This document shows, piece by piece, positions 38,656 to 51,264 of a stretch of DNA of 64,000 nucleotides; the first letter of the stretch is position 1, and each line of letters opens with the position of its first letter. The notes under the pieces are model-generated. The model saw only the letters and a list, made by a program, of their open reading frames with translations. It was not told the DNA's origin and ran no database searches. This DNA is from Escherichia coli (GTDB lineage Bacteria > Pseudomonadota > Gammaproteobacteria > Enterobacterales > Enterobacteriaceae), in NCBI RefSeq assembly GCF_048403405.1, contig NZ_CP183129.1; one strand, written 5' to 3'. The position numbers and the translations under genes are program-made.

Positions 38656-39929
38656 TTAACTTCCCCTTGTGTCAACGCAATATCGCGATCATCGACCTTG
38701 ATAGCCGTAATTTCGTTGTCGGATTCGCGGAAAAAAATCATGAACAGCACGGCGATAATGGCAATCATCACCGCGCCAAAAGTCCACATCCCGGACCAGT
38801 TGAAAGTCAGTCCGTTTACCGGTTCCTGATAAGCGAACATCTTTTCCATCATCACACCGCCAAGACGATAGCCGAGCAAACTGCCGAAGCCCTGGCAGCA
38901 GAGCGTGATCAGCCCCTGCGCAGCGGTACGCATATGCACGGGGGCTTTTTTATCGACATAGATGTAAGCGGTAACGTAGTAAAAATCGTAACTTACTCCA
39001 TGCAGCAAAATGCCGAGGAACAGTAACGCGTAGGTGAAATATTCATCCGCACTACCGTAAATAAAGAAGCCATAGCGGATCGCAGCGGTGACCAGACCAA
39101 GTAATAATACCTTTTTGATACCAAAGCGTTTGGTAAAAAACGGCAATGCCAGCATAAAGAAGATTTCAGAAAACTGGCCGAGCGTCATCCAGCCAGTGGC
39201 GTTTTTCATACCGACTTCGGTCAGATAACCGTTGGCAAAGATGTAATAGAACGCCAGTGGCATCGCAAACAGGAATGAACAGAAGAAAAAGACGAGGAAG
39301 TTTTTATCGCGCAGCAGGATCAGCGCATCCAGGCCGAGCATGACTTTAATGTCCATTTTGCCGGTGCTTTTTGGCGGCGTGTCGGGCAGGAAAAACGCAA
39401 ACACACCGAGCAGAGCAGAACTTCCGGCGGTAATCAGCAGCGGGATGTTAGTCGGAGAGATATCGGCATAACCCAGCATTTGCGGCAAAAATCCACATGC
39501 CAGACCGGAGGCAATCCAGCCGATAGTGCCCATCACACGAATGCGTGGGAAATCACGCTCCACATCCGGCACGTTGGCAAAAGCGATACTGTTAGTCAGC
39601 GCAATGGTCGGCATATAGGTTAGCGAGTAGGCCAGCAGTAACGGGAAGAACCCGGCAAAAGTGGTCTGTTGCGCAGCGAAATACATCAGCGCCGCACCAG
39701 CGAACATCAATACCGCCAGCACTTTCTGCGCCGAGAAAAAGCGGTCAGTGATGGAGCCAACCAGAATTGGCGACAGGATCGCCGCAATGGCGGTACAGGC
39801 ATACGACCAGCCAATTTCTCCGGCACTAAAACCGCTTTTACTTAACCACAACCACAATGGCACAAACCACGCGCCCCAGATAAACCATTCAACAAACATC
39901 ATGAACGACAGCTTTGCTGTTGTTTTCAT
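38652..39929 (-). CDS. yegT: MFS nucleoside transporter YegT
   Basis: 425 aa; 12-TM hydropathy pattern; first gene of yegTUV. Confidence 0.85.
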   Translation of the reverse strand: MKTTAKLSFMMFVEWFIWGAWFVPLWLWLSKSGFSAGEIGWSYACTAIAAILSPILVGSITDRFFSAQKVLAVLMFAGAALMYFAAQQTTFAGFFPLLLAYSLTYMPTIALTNSIAFANVPDVERDFPRIRVMGTIGWIASGLACGFLPQMLGYADISPTNIPLLITAGSSALLGVFAFFLPDTPPKSTGKMDIKVMLGLDALILLRDKNFLVFFFCSFLFAMPLAFYYIFANGYLTEVGMKNATGWMTLGQFSEIFFMLALPFFTKRFGIKKVLLLGLVTAAIRYGFFIYGSADEYFTYALLFLGILLHGVSYDFYYVTAYIYVDKKAPVHMRTAAQGLITLCCQGFGSLLGYRLGGVMMEKMFAYQEPVNGLTFNWSGMWTFGAVMIAIIAVLFMIFFRESDNEITAIKVDDRDIALTQGEVK

Positions 39930-40185
39930 CTTTTAATTCCTTCATGACAGGTAATGTAAGGTACGCGATGACAATACCATTTAATGATACCTTTTAAATA
40001 CCTTTGCGGTGAAAACTTGACCGCGGTAACATTTTTTCTGATGAATCGAGCCAACAGAAAACGCTGAAAAAACATCCAAAAGATGGAAAAACTCGCCTGT
40101 AAAGACCAGGATTATGATTGCCCGCAAAAGGTGGGCCAGGACAATCCATAGCCGATATCCAATCGGAATTTACGGGAGCATAGTA

Positions 40186-41238
40186 ATGACAGATATTGCG
40201 CAGTTGCTTGGCAAAGACGCCGACAACCTTTTACAGCACCGTTGTATGACTATTCCTTCTGACCAGCTTTATCTCCCCGGACATGACTACGTAGACCGCG
40301 TGATGATTGACAATAATCGCCCGCCAGCGGTGTTACGTAATATGCAGACGTTATACAACACCGGGCGTCTGGCTGGCACAGGATATCTTTCTATTCTGCC
40401 GGTTGACCAGGGCGTTGAGCACTCTGCCGGAGCTTCATTTGCCGCTAACCCGCTCTACTTTGACCCGAAAAACATTGTTGAACTGGCGATCGAAGCGGGC
40501 TGTAACTGTGTGGCGTCAACTTACGGCGTGCTGGCGTCGGTATCGCGGCGTTACGCGCATCGCATTCCATTCCTCGTCAAACTTAATCACAACGAGACGC
40601 TAAGTTACCCGAATACCTACGATCAAACGCTGTATGCCAGCGTGGAGCAGGCCTTCAACATGGGCGCGGTGGCGGTTGGTGCGACTATCTATTTTGGTTC
40701 GGAAGAGTCACGTCGCCAGATTGAAGAAATTTCTGCGGCTTTTGAACGTGCGCACGAGCTGGGCATGGTGACTGTGCTGTGGGCCTATTTGCGTAACTCC
40801 GCCTTTAAGAAAGATGGCGTTGATTACCATGTTTCCGCCGACCTGACTGGTCAGGCGAACCATCTTGCGGCAACCATAGGTGCAGATATCGTCAAACAAA
40901 AAATGGCGGAAAATAACGGCGGCTATAAAGCAATTAATTACGGTTATACCGACGATCGCGTGTACAGCAAGTTAACCAGCGAAAACCCGATTGATCTGGT
41001 GCGTTATCAGTTAGCTAACTGCTATATGGGCCGGGCTGGGTTGATAAACTCCGGCGGTGCTGCAGGCGGTGAAACTGACCTCAGCGATGCAGTGCGTACT
41101 GCGGTTATCAACAAACGCGCTGGCGGAATGGGGCTGATTCTTGGACGTAAGGCGTTCAAGAAATCGATGGCTGACGGCGTGAAACTGATTAACGCCGTGC
41201 AGGACGTTTATCTCGATAGCAAAATTACTATCGCCTGA
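40186..41238 (+). CDS. fbaB: fructose-bisphosphate aldolase class I
   Basis: ORF 40114..41238 trimmed to the ATG at 40186 ([14 protein letters not shown], 350 aa) with GGGAG SD. Confidence 0.9.
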
Positions 41239-41262
41239 TACGCCTTATACGAACAGCACTAC

Positions 41263-41300
41263 CCCGTATGACGGAAAAGGCGTTTACGTCGCATCCGGCA
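41263..41300. repeat. REP-like palindromic element
   Basis: ccccgtatgacggaaaaggcgtttacgtcgcatccggca, which resembles the reverse complement of the REP consensus (GCCGGATGCG...). Confidence 0.45.
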
Positions 41301-41323
41301 TAAAAACACGCGCACTTTGCTAC

Positions 41324-41351
41324 GGCTTCCCTATCGGGAGGCCGTTTTTTT
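41324..41351 (+). terminator. fbaB rho-independent terminator
   Basis: cggcttccc-tatc-gggaggccg hairpin followed by tttttt. Confidence 0.75.
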
Positions 41352-41411
41352 GCCTGTCATTCTGATTAATTTTCGAATTGTCGTTTTTGTGATCATTATC
41401 TCGACATTTGA

Positions 41412-43611
<2,200 letters not shown>

Positions 43612-43620
43612 GGACGGTAT

Positions 43621-44073
43621 ATGACTAACCTGTTTGTTCGTAGCGGAATTTCTTTTGTCGATCGTAGCGAAGTTTTAACCCATATCGGTAATGAGATGCT
43701 CGCGAAAGGTGTGGTTCATGATACCTGGCCACAGGCATTAATTGCCAGAGAAGCAGAATTCCCTACCGGGATAATGCTTGAGCAGCACGCCATTGCAATA
43801 CCGCATTGTGAGGCGATTCATGCTAAGTCGTCAGCCATTTATCTGTTAAGGCCAACAAATAAAGTTCATTTTCAGCAAGCGGATGATGATAACGACGTGG
43901 CGGTATCGTTGGTTATTGCGTTAATTGTGGAAAATCCGCAGCAGCAATTGAAACTTTTACGCTGTTTATTTGGCAAGTTACAACAGCCCGATATCGTCGA
44001 GACACTAATCACTCTTCCTGAAACCCAGTTAAAGGAATACTTCACAAAGTATGTTTTAGATTCAGACGAATAA
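43621..44073 (+). CDS. gatA: PTS galactitol-specific EIIA
   Basis: 150 aa; operon position. Confidence 0.9.
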   Translation: MTNLFVRSGISFVDRSEVLTHIGNEMLAKGVVHDTWPQALIAREAEFPTGIMLEQHAIAIPHCEAIHAKSSAIYLLRPTNKVHFQQADDDNDVAVSLVIALIVENPQQQLKLLRCLFGKLQQPDIVETLITLPETQLKEYFTKYVLDSDE

Positions 44074-44103
44074 ATCCCTCTGTAACAATAAAAAGGACTA
44101 TTT

Positions 44104-44388
44104 ATGAAACGCAAGATTATTGTCGCTTGCGGAGGCGCGGTTGCGACCTCTACGATGGCGGCGGAAGAAATTAAAGAGTTGTGTCAGAGTCATAATATTC
44201 CTGTTGAATTAATCCAGTGTCGGGTTAATGAAATAGAAACCTATATGGATGGTGTGCATTTGATATGTACTACCGCCAAAGTTGACCGTAGTTTTGACGA
44301 TATTCCGTTAGTTCACGGCATGCCTTTTGTTTCTGGTGTCGGTATCGAAGCATTACAAAATAAAATTCTGACTATCTTACAGGGGTGA
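44104..44388 (+). CDS. gatB: PTS galactitol-specific EIIB
   Basis: 94 aa; N-terminal Cys (IVACGGAV) typical of EIIB. Confidence 0.9.
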   Translation: MKRKIIVACGGAVATSTMAAEEIKELCQSHNIPVELIQCRVNEIETYMDGVHLICTTAKVDRSFDDIPLVHGMPFVSGVGIEALQNKILTILQG

Positions 44389-44391
44389 CCT

Positions 44392-45747
44392 ATGTTTTCA
44401 GAAGTCATGCGTTATATTCTCGACCTCGGCCCTACAGTGATGCTGCCGGTTGTCATCATTATTTTTTCTAAAATATTAGGCATGAAGGCAGGCGATTGCT
44501 TTAAAGCGGGTCTGCATATCGGGATTGGCTTTGTTGGCATTGGCCTTGTGATTGGCTTAATGCTGGATTCCATTGGTCCGGCGGCGAAAGCGATGGCGGA
44601 AAATTTCGACCTGAATCTGCATGTGGTCGATGTCGGCTGGCCGGGCTCTTCACCAATGACCTGGGCGTCGCAAATTGCGCTGGTGGCGATTCCGATTGCG
44701 ATTCTGGTTAACGTGGCGATGTTACTGACCCGTATGACGCGGGTGGTAAATGTTGATATCTGGAATATCTGGCATATGACCTTCACCGGCGCGTTGCTGC
44801 ATCTGGCAACCGGTTCATGGATGATAGGGATGGCGGGTGTGGTAATTCACGCGGCGTTTGTTTATAAGCTCGGCGACTGGTTTGCCCGCGATACCCGAAA
44901 TTTCTTTGAGCTGGAAGGCATTGCTATTCCGCACGGTACGTCGGCGTATCTGGGGCCGATTGCGGTGCTGGTCGATGCTATCATTGAGAAAATCCCAGGC
45001 GTTAACCGAATTAAATTTAGTGCCGATGATATTCAGCGCAAGTTTGGCCCATTTGGCGAACCTGTCACCGTGGGTTTTGTGATGGGGCTGATTATCGGCA
45101 TCCTCGCGGGTTACGATGTCAAAGGTGTATTGCAGCTGGCGGTAAAAACGGCAGCAGTTATGCTGTTGATGCCACGGGTGATTAAACCCATCATGGATGG
45201 TTTAACGCCTATCGCTAAGCAGGCCCGTAGTCGTTTACAGGCGAAGTTCGGCGGTCAGGAGTTCCTGATTGGCCTTGATCCGGCGTTGCTGCTGGGGCAT
45301 ACGGCGGTGGTATCGGCAAGCCTGATTTTTATCCCGCTCACCATTTTAATTGCTGTTTGTGTTCCGGGTAATCAGGTACTGCCGTTTGGCGACCTTGCCA
45401 CCATCGGTTTCTTTGTGGCGATGGCGGTCGCCGTGCATCGTGGAAATCTGTTCCGCACCTTAATCTCGGGTGTCATCATTATGAGCATCACCCTGTGGAT
45501 CGCGACGCAAACTATTGGTTTGCACACCCAACTGGCGGCTAACGCTGGGGCGTTAAAAGCCGGAGGCATGGTGGCATCAATGGATCAGGGCGGTTCTCCC
45601 ATTACCTGGTTACTGATTCAGGTTTTCTCCCCGCAAAATATTCCCGGTTTCATTATTATCGGTGCCATTTATCTTACCGGTATTTTCATGACCTGGCGTA
45701 GAGCGCGTGGTTTTATTAAACAAGAGAAAGCCGTTCTCGCAGAATAA
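44392..45747 (+). CDS. gatC: PTS galactitol-specific EIIC
   Basis: 451 aa; polytopic membrane protein. Confidence 0.9.
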   Translation: MFSEVMRYILDLGPTVMLPVVIIIFSKILGMKAGDCFKAGLHIGIGFVGIGLVIGLMLDSIGPAAKAMAENFDLNLHVVDVGWPGSSPMTWASQIALVAIPIAILVNVAMLLTRMTRVVNVDIWNIWHMTFTGALLHLATGSWMIGMAGVVIHAAFVYKLGDWFARDTRNFFELEGIAIPHGTSAYLGPIAVLVDAIIEKIPGVNRIKFSADDIQRKFGPFGEPVTVGFVMGLIIGILAGYDVKGVLQLAVKTAAVMLLMPRVIKPIMDGLTPIAKQARSRLQAKFGGQEFLIGLDPALLLGHTAVVSASLIFIPLTILIAVCVPGNQVLPFGDLATIGFFVAMAVAVHRGNLFRTLISGVIIMSITLWIATQTIGLHTQLAANAGALKAGGMVASMDQGGSPITWLLIQVFSPQNIPGFIIIGAIYLTGIFMTWRRARGFIKQEKAVLAE

Positions 45748-45794
45748 TTTTTACCTGAGGGGGAGTTTATCCCCCTTAACAATCAGGAGTTTTT

Positions 45795-46835
45795 ATGAAA
45801 TCAGTGGTGAATGATACTGATGGTATCGTGCGCGTTGCAGAAAGCGTCATTCCTGAAATTAAACATCAGGATGAGGTACGGGTAAAAATTGCCAGCTCGG
45901 GCTTATGTGGTTCCGATTTACCCAGGATATTTAAAAATGGTGCACATTATTATCCAATAACGTTAGGCCATGAATTTAGCGGCTATATTGATGCGGTGGG
46001 ATCCGGTGTTGATGATTTACACCCTGGCGATGCGGTTGCCTGTGTGCCGTTATTACCCTGTTTTACTTGTCCAGAGTGTTTGAAAGGGTTTTATTCCCAG
46101 TGCGCAAAATATGATTTTATTGGCTCACGGCGTGATGGTGGGTTTGCCGAATATATTGTCGTTAAGCGGAAAAATGTCTTTGCTCTACCTGCGGATATGC
46201 CTATTGAGGATGGGGCTTTTATTGAGCCGATTACCGTTGGCCTGCATGCTTTTCATTTAGCGCAAGGTTGTGAGAATAAAAACGTTATTATTATTGGTGC
46301 CGGAACCATTGGCCTGCTGGCTATTCAGTGCGCTGTCGCGCTGGGAGCAAAGAGTGTGACGGCTATCGACATTAGCTCAGAAAAACTGGCACTGGCAAAA
46401 TCTTTCGGTGCGATGCAAACATTTAACAGCCTTGAAATGAGCGCGCCGCAAATGCAGGGCGTTTTACGCGAGCTGCGCTTTAATCAGCTTATCCTCGAGA
46501 CGGCTGGCGTCCCGCAAACCGTCGAACTGGCGGTAGAGATTGCCGGGCCTCATGCCCAGCTGGCGCTGGTGGGCACGTTGCATCAGGATTTGCATTTAAC
46601 ATCGGCAACGTTTGGCAAAATATTACGTAAAGAGCTGACGGTTATCGGCAGTTGGATGAACTACTCCAGCCCTTGGCCGGGGCAGGAGTGGGAAACGGCG
46701 AGCCGGTTGCTGACAGAACGTAAGTTAAGCCTGGAGCCATTAATCGCTCACCGTGGAAGCTTTGAAAGCTTCGCCCAGGCGGTGCGTGACATCGCTCGTA
46801 ATGCTATGCCGGGCAAAGTGTTGCTCATTCCCTGA
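45795..46835 (+). CDS. gatD: galactitol-1-phosphate 5-dehydrogenase (Zn-dependent MDR family)
   Basis: 346 aa; GHEFSG zinc-ADH motif; Rossmann GAGTIG. Confidence 0.9.
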   Translation: MKSVVNDTDGIVRVAESVIPEIKHQDEVRVKIASSGLCGSDLPRIFKNGAHYYPITLGHEFSGYIDAVGSGVDDLHPGDAVACVPLLPCFTCPECLKGFYSQCAKYDFIGSRRDGGFAEYIVVKRKNVFALPADMPIEDGAFIEPITVGLHAFHLAQGCENKNVIIIGAGTIGLLAIQCAVALGAKSVTAIDISSEKLALAKSFGAMQTFNSLEMSAPQMQGVLRELRFNQLILETAGVPQTVELAVEIAGPHAQLALVGTLHQDLHLTSATFGKILRKELTVIGSWMNYSSPWPGQEWETASRLLTERKLSLEPLIAHRGSFESFAQAVRDIARNAMPGKVLLIP

Positions 46836-46934
46836 AACCGCGGGCCAGCGTGATGCTGGCCCGGTATTGTGCAAAACAGATCATTCACCAATGGTCCCCC
46901 TTCGTTTACACTAGCCACAATTGAATATGGGTAA

Positions 46935-47714
46935 ATGACGATGAATTCATTCGAGCGAAGGAATAAGATCATCCAATTAGTGAATGAACAGGGAACCGTG
47001 CTTGTTCAGGATCTGGCGGGAGTATTTGCTGCCTCGGAAGCGACAATCCGTGCCGATTTGCGCTTTCTCGAACAAAAAGGCGTAGTTACGCGCTTTCATG
47101 GCGGTGCGGCGAAAATAATGTCCGGTAATAGTGAAACCGAGACTCAGGAAGTTGGGTTTAAAGAGCGATTTCAGCTCGCCAGTGCGCCAAAAAACAGAAT
47201 AGCGCAGGCGGCAGTCAAAATGATCCACGAAGGGATGACCGTTATTCTCGACAGCGGAAGTACCACAATGCTTATCGCCGAAGGTTTAATGACCGCCAAA
47301 AATATCACGGTGATTACCAACAGTCTCCCGGCGGCGTTTGCCCTTTCCGAAAATAAAGACATTACTCTGGTCGTCTGTGGTGGGACCGTCCGCCATAAAA
47401 CACGCTCGATGCATGGTTCCATTGCCGAGCGTTCATTGCAGGATATTAATGCCGATTTAATGTTTGTCGGTGCTGATGGTATTGATGCGGTTAATGGTAT
47501 TACGACCTTTAATGAAGGTTATTCGATTAGCGGGGCAATGGTCACAGCCGCAAATAAAGTGATTGCCGTTCTCGATTCATCGAAATTTAATCGTCGCGGT
47601 TTTAATCAGGTACTGCCAATCGAAAAAATCGACATTATTATTACCGACGATGCTGTGTCAGAGGTGGATAAACTGGCATTGCAGAAGACACGGGTGAAAT
47701 TAATTACGGTGTAG
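46935..47714 (+). CDS. gatR: DeoR-family repressor GatR (intact)
   Basis: 259 aa uninterrupted ORF (alternative ATG at 46941); N-terminal HTH, C-terminal DeoR sugar-binding region. Confidence 0.85.
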   Translation: MTMNSFERRNKIIQLVNEQGTVLVQDLAGVFAASEATIRADLRFLEQKGVVTRFHGGAAKIMSGNSETETQEVGFKERFQLASAPKNRIAQAAVKMIHEGMTVILDSGSTTMLIAEGLMTAKNITVITNSLPAAFALSENKDITLVVCGGTVRHKTRSMHGSIAERSLQDINADLMFVGADGIDAVNGITTFNEGYSISGAMVTAANKVIAVLDSSKFNRRGFNQVLPIEKIDIIITDDAVSEVDKLALQKTRVKLITV

Positions 47715-47725
47715 TATTGTTCTGT

Positions 47726-47759
47726 ATGCCGGATAAGGTTTTTACACCGCATCCGGCAT
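47726..47759. repeat. REP palindromic element
   Basis: atgccggataaggtttttacaccgcatccggcat, with inverted gccggat / atccggc arms, between convergent gatR and yegS. Confidence 0.6.
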
Positions 47760-47795
47760 TACGGATTCTCCCTGGTTCAAGAGAGAATAGTTTGA

Positions 47796-48695
47796 TTAAC
47801 GCAATAATGGACAATCTGGTGGTAATCGACAACGCAACGCCGCCGGAAGTATTTCAATATGGAAGTTTTGCCCACTCAACGGTTCGCCATCAAGATTAAA
47901 AGTGATTTCGTGTGGGGCTTGTATATCAAACCACGACGAAGCGCCTTCGATAATATTCGGGTTATCTTCGTCAGATTTTAAGGTTGATACGAGAGCTGGA
48001 AGAATTTCATCGCCGGTAAAAATGCGCAGTTGCAGCAGGCCATCGTTAATTAACGCGTTCGGGCACAATTGCTGACCGCCACCGGCCTGACGCCCGTTAC
48101 CAATACCAATGACCAGGGCGTCACCTTGCCAGTGAAAGTTTTCACCGCGGATCTCACAACGGTCCGGTTGCAGAGTATCCATGCGCATTAAGCCATGAAT
48201 GATGTAAGAGACGCCACCCAGCGCGGCTTTTAATTTTTCCGGCGTTTCTGTGGTAATACGCGTCCCAAATCCGCCTGTCGCCATATTAATAAAACAGGTT
48301 TGTTTGTTGACCTGCGCCATATCTATCGCAATGGCGTCACCGGCAATTGCCAGTTTCAGCGCCTTATCCAGTGCCTCAGGAATCCTTACACTGGTGGCAA
48401 AATCATTGGCGGTTCCTAATGGCAAAATTCCTAGCGCGGGTATGTCATCCCCCTCACACTGAATCAACGCCGTAGAAACTTCATTAATGGTGCCATCGCC
48501 ACCACCGGCAATCACCGTTGCGACGCTCAACTTCCGGGCCTCCTCTACATATCGTGCGGCATCGCCTTTCTCCCAAGTGACCCGCACATGGATCGTCATT
48601 CCTTCCTCACGCAACAGCATAATTGCTTCGCGCAATGGTAAATTGTCAGTACTTTTGCCATTAAGAATCAGTAAGCTGGCGGGAAATTCTGCCAT
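47796..48695 (-). CDS. yegS: lipid kinase YegS (DAGK catalytic domain family)
   Basis: 299 aa; GGDGT motif of the diacylglycerol-kinase-like family. Confidence 0.9.
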   Translation of the reverse strand: MAEFPASLLILNGKSTDNLPLREAIMLLREEGMTIHVRVTWEKGDAARYVEEARKLSVATVIAGGGDGTINEVSTALIQCEGDDIPALGILPLGTANDFATSVRIPEALDKALKLAIAGDAIAIDMAQVNKQTCFINMATGGFGTRITTETPEKLKAALGGVSYIIHGLMRMDTLQPDRCEIRGENFHWQGDALVIGIGNGRQAGGGQQLCPNALINDGLLQLRIFTGDEILPALVSTLKSDEDNPNIIEGASSWFDIQAPHEITFNLDGEPLSGQNFHIEILPAALRCRLPPDCPLLR

Positions 48696-49109
48696 GATCG
48701 TATGTGCCTTTATGATTGGTCTGTAGATAGTGTAGAGCAGAAAAGAAAAGGTGGAGTCAGAACAGGATGAAAGTCGGAGGATAAAAAATCAGTTCAAGTA
48801 TGGAGGATTCGGTGGTTACCACCAGGAGCTTGCAATGGGGACAGTGAATGTTAACGGTAGCCATAGGTAAATTTCAAAAAAGAGCATATACCTAATATTC
48901 AACTAAACAGTGGCATCTTCAATATACTATTAAAAATATATTAACCCCCCCATGGGGTTACCCGGAAGGGCCTCCGTGTATGTAATTCCTACTTATGTAG
49001 GAAATGTTGTACAGAACATTTATTATAATCCTATTCAATTATAATAATCATGCCATTATTATATTTAAACACCAGAGCGTGTCGTTGGTATTTAATGGGG
49101 GAAGGTGAG

Positions 49110-49427
49110 ATGAAAAAGATAGCTGCTATATCATTAATTAGTATTTTTCTTATGTCTGGTTGTGCTGTGCATAATGATGAAACAAGTATCGGTAAATTTG
49201 GTCTTGCATATAAAAGTAATATTCAGCGTAAACTCGATAACCAATACTACACCGAAGCCGAAGCTTCTTTAGCCAGGGGCAGAATTTCTGGTGCAGAAAA
49301 TATAGTAAAAAATGATGCAGCTCATTTCTGTGTTACTCAGGGCAAAAAAATGCAGATAGTTGACCTGAAGACAGAAGGTGCAGGATTACATGGCGTCGCT
49401 CGTCTGACATTCAAATGTGGAGAGTGA
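49110..49427 (+). CDS. yegR: small lipoprotein-like protein YegR
   Basis: ORF 49050..49427 trimmed to the ATG at 49110 with SD (MKKIAAISLISIFLMSGCAVHN, 105 aa); lipobox MSGC. Confidence 0.7.
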   Translation: MKKIAAISLISIFLMSGCAVHNDETSIGKFGLAYKSNIQRKLDNQYYTEAEASLARGRISGAENIVKNDAAHFCVTQGKKMQIVDLKTEGAGLHGVARLTFKCGE

Positions 49428-49584
49428 GAATATTTTTTGGTAAGCGTCAAACATGCGCGTTCTGATTGTGCGTAGCCGGAACCTGTACGAGCACGATGCC
49501 GTTAAGTGAAAGGCATCGTGCTATGAAGGGGGATTCTATCGATGTGGTCAATGGAAGACGGTGACCAGGATACGGCTTATGCAT

Positions 49585-49671
49585 AAAAAATAAGCCCGTG
49601 TAAGGGAGATTACACAGGCTAAGGAGGTGGTTCCTGGTACAGCTAGCATTTTATGGGTTATGTTTTTCAGC
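49585..49671 (-). ncRNA. cyaR: CyaR (RyeE) sRNA
   Basis: Minus-strand sequence matches recalled CyaR (GCUGAAAAACAUAACCCAUAAAAUGCUAGCUGUACCAGGAACCACCUCCUUAGCCUGUGUAAUCUCCCUUACACGGGCUUAUUUUUU): terminator hairpin plus U6, anti-SD-like CCUCCUUA; adjacent to yegQ. Confidence 0.8.
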
Positions 49672-49705
49672 GAAACGGATGATAACCTTAATAAATGCAG
49701 CTGTA

Positions 49706-49721
49706 TGTGATCGGTTTCTAA
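49706..49721. promoter_or_regulatory. putative class II CRP site for the cyaR promoter
   Basis: TGTGA-N6-TCTAA centred about 42 bp upstream of the predicted CyaR 5' end; candidate -10 TATCAT at 49679-49684 on the minus strand. Confidence 0.4.
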
Positions 49722-49755
49722 GAATTTTCCATCCGGGAAAAATAATCGAAATTAA

Positions 49756-51117
49756 TCACTTACCGTGGGGGTTACGCGTGGTTTCCCCGGAGAAATTACG
49801 CATCAGGAGCGCGTAATTTAGCTCAAGATCCTGCGGCACCGGGATCCACACAGTATAACCATCGCCTGGTGCGACCGGCATAGCTTCACCTTTGGCGTTT
49901 TCCATATGCTCAAGGGTAAAGTTAATGTTGCCTTGCGGCGTCATCAGCTCAAGGCTGTCGCCAACGGAGAATTTATTTTTCACCGCTACCGCCGCGAGGT
50001 CGCCCTTGCGCTCACCGGTAAACTCACCAACAAACTGCTGGCGGTTAGAAACTGAATAACCGTATTCGTAGTTCTGATAATCGTCGTGAGTATGACGACG
50101 CAGGAAACCTTCGGTATAGCCACGATGCGCCAGACCTTCCAGAGTTTCCAGCAGGCTGGTATCGAATGGTTTGCCCGCAGCGGCATCATCGATAGCTTTA
50201 CGATAAACCTGTGCGGTGCGTGCGCAATAGTAGAAAGATTTGGTACGGCCTTCGATTTTCAGCGAATGCACGCCCATTTTGGTCAGGCGTTCTACATGGG
50301 CGATGGCGCGCAGATCTTTCGAGTTCATGATGTAAGTGCCGTGCTCATCTTCAAACGCGGTCATATACTCGCCCGGACGCTGGGCTTCTTCGATCATAAA
50401 CACTTTGTCAGTTGGTGCGCCGATACCCAGCGTCGGCTCAACATTTTGCACCGGAATCGGCTCGTACTTGTGTACGATGTTGCCAACGTCATCTTCTTTC
50501 CCTTCCTGGACGTTGTACTCCCAGCGGCAGGCGTTGGTGCAGGTGCCCTGGTTCGGGTCGCGCTTGTTGATATAGCCAGAGAGCAGGCAGCGACCGGAGT
50601 AGGCCATGCACAGCGCGCCGTGAACGAAGATCTCGATCTCCATATCCGGCACCTGATTACGAATCTCTTCAATCTCTTCCAGCGACAGCTCGCGAGAGAG
50701 GATCACGCGGGTCAGTCCCATTTGCTGCCAGAATTTCACCGTCGCCCAGTTCACGGCGTTAGCCTGTACCGAGAGATGGATCGGCATTTCAGGGAAGTGC
50801 TCGCGCACCAGCATAATCAGCCCTGGATCGGACATAATCAGCGCATCCGGCCCCATTTCCACCACCGGTTTCAGGTCACGGATAAAGGTTTTCAGCTTGG
50901 CGTTGTGCGGTGCAATGTTGACCACGACATAAAACTTTTTCCCCAGCGCATGGGCTTCATTAATGCCGAGCTGAAGATTTTCGTGGTTGAATTCGTTGTT
51001 GCGCACACGCAGGGAGTAACGTGGCTGGCCCGCATAAACAGCATCTGCGCCATAAGCGAAAGCGTAACGCATATTTTTCAGCGTTCCCGCCGGGGAAAGG
51101 AGTTCCGGTTTAAACAT
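49756..51117 (-). CDS. yegQ: peptidase U32-family protein YegQ (TrhP, tRNA U34 hydroxylation)
   Basis: 453 aa; U32 family features including a Cys-rich segment (CMAYSGRCLLSGY). Confidence 0.9.
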   Translation of the reverse strand: MFKPELLSPAGTLKNMRYAFAYGADAVYAGQPRYSLRVRNNEFNHENLQLGINEAHALGKKFYVVVNIAPHNAKLKTFIRDLKPVVEMGPDALIMSDPGLIMLVREHFPEMPIHLSVQANAVNWATVKFWQQMGLTRVILSRELSLEEIEEIRNQVPDMEIEIFVHGALCMAYSGRCLLSGYINKRDPNQGTCTNACRWEYNVQEGKEDDVGNIVHKYEPIPVQNVEPTLGIGAPTDKVFMIEEAQRPGEYMTAFEDEHGTYIMNSKDLRAIAHVERLTKMGVHSLKIEGRTKSFYYCARTAQVYRKAIDDAAAGKPFDTSLLETLEGLAHRGYTEGFLRRHTHDDYQNYEYGYSVSNRQQFVGEFTGERKGDLAAVAVKNKFSVGDSLELMTPQGNINFTLEHMENAKGEAMPVAPGDGYTVWIPVPQDLELNYALLMRNFSGETTRNPHGK

Positions 51118-51264
51118 AATTCTCTCGTTCTGATGACAGGTCAGATCCGCTTCACCTGATGAAGCGGCCAGGGGAGTGCCCCCACTTTAAGGGCGGGCAT
51201 TGTAGCGCTGTAGGGGGGAGCTGGTAAAGCGCCAGACGCCAACAACACGCGCCCGGCATCGTAA

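Noticed and set aside
46841-46863. GC-rich hairpin cgggccagc-gtgat-gctggcccg between gatD and gatR
   Set aside because: No adjacent U-tract; it may be a weak attenuator but cannot be supported from sequence alone.
50086-51159. 357-aa plus-strand ORF
   Set aside because: Antisense shadow ORF within yegQ; no SD and no recognisable motifs.
51147-51167. Hairpin ccgcttca-cctga-tgaagcgg between yegP and yegQ
   Set aside because: No U-tract on either side; it sits inside the yegQ 5' region and there is too little evidence to call a terminator or regulatory element.
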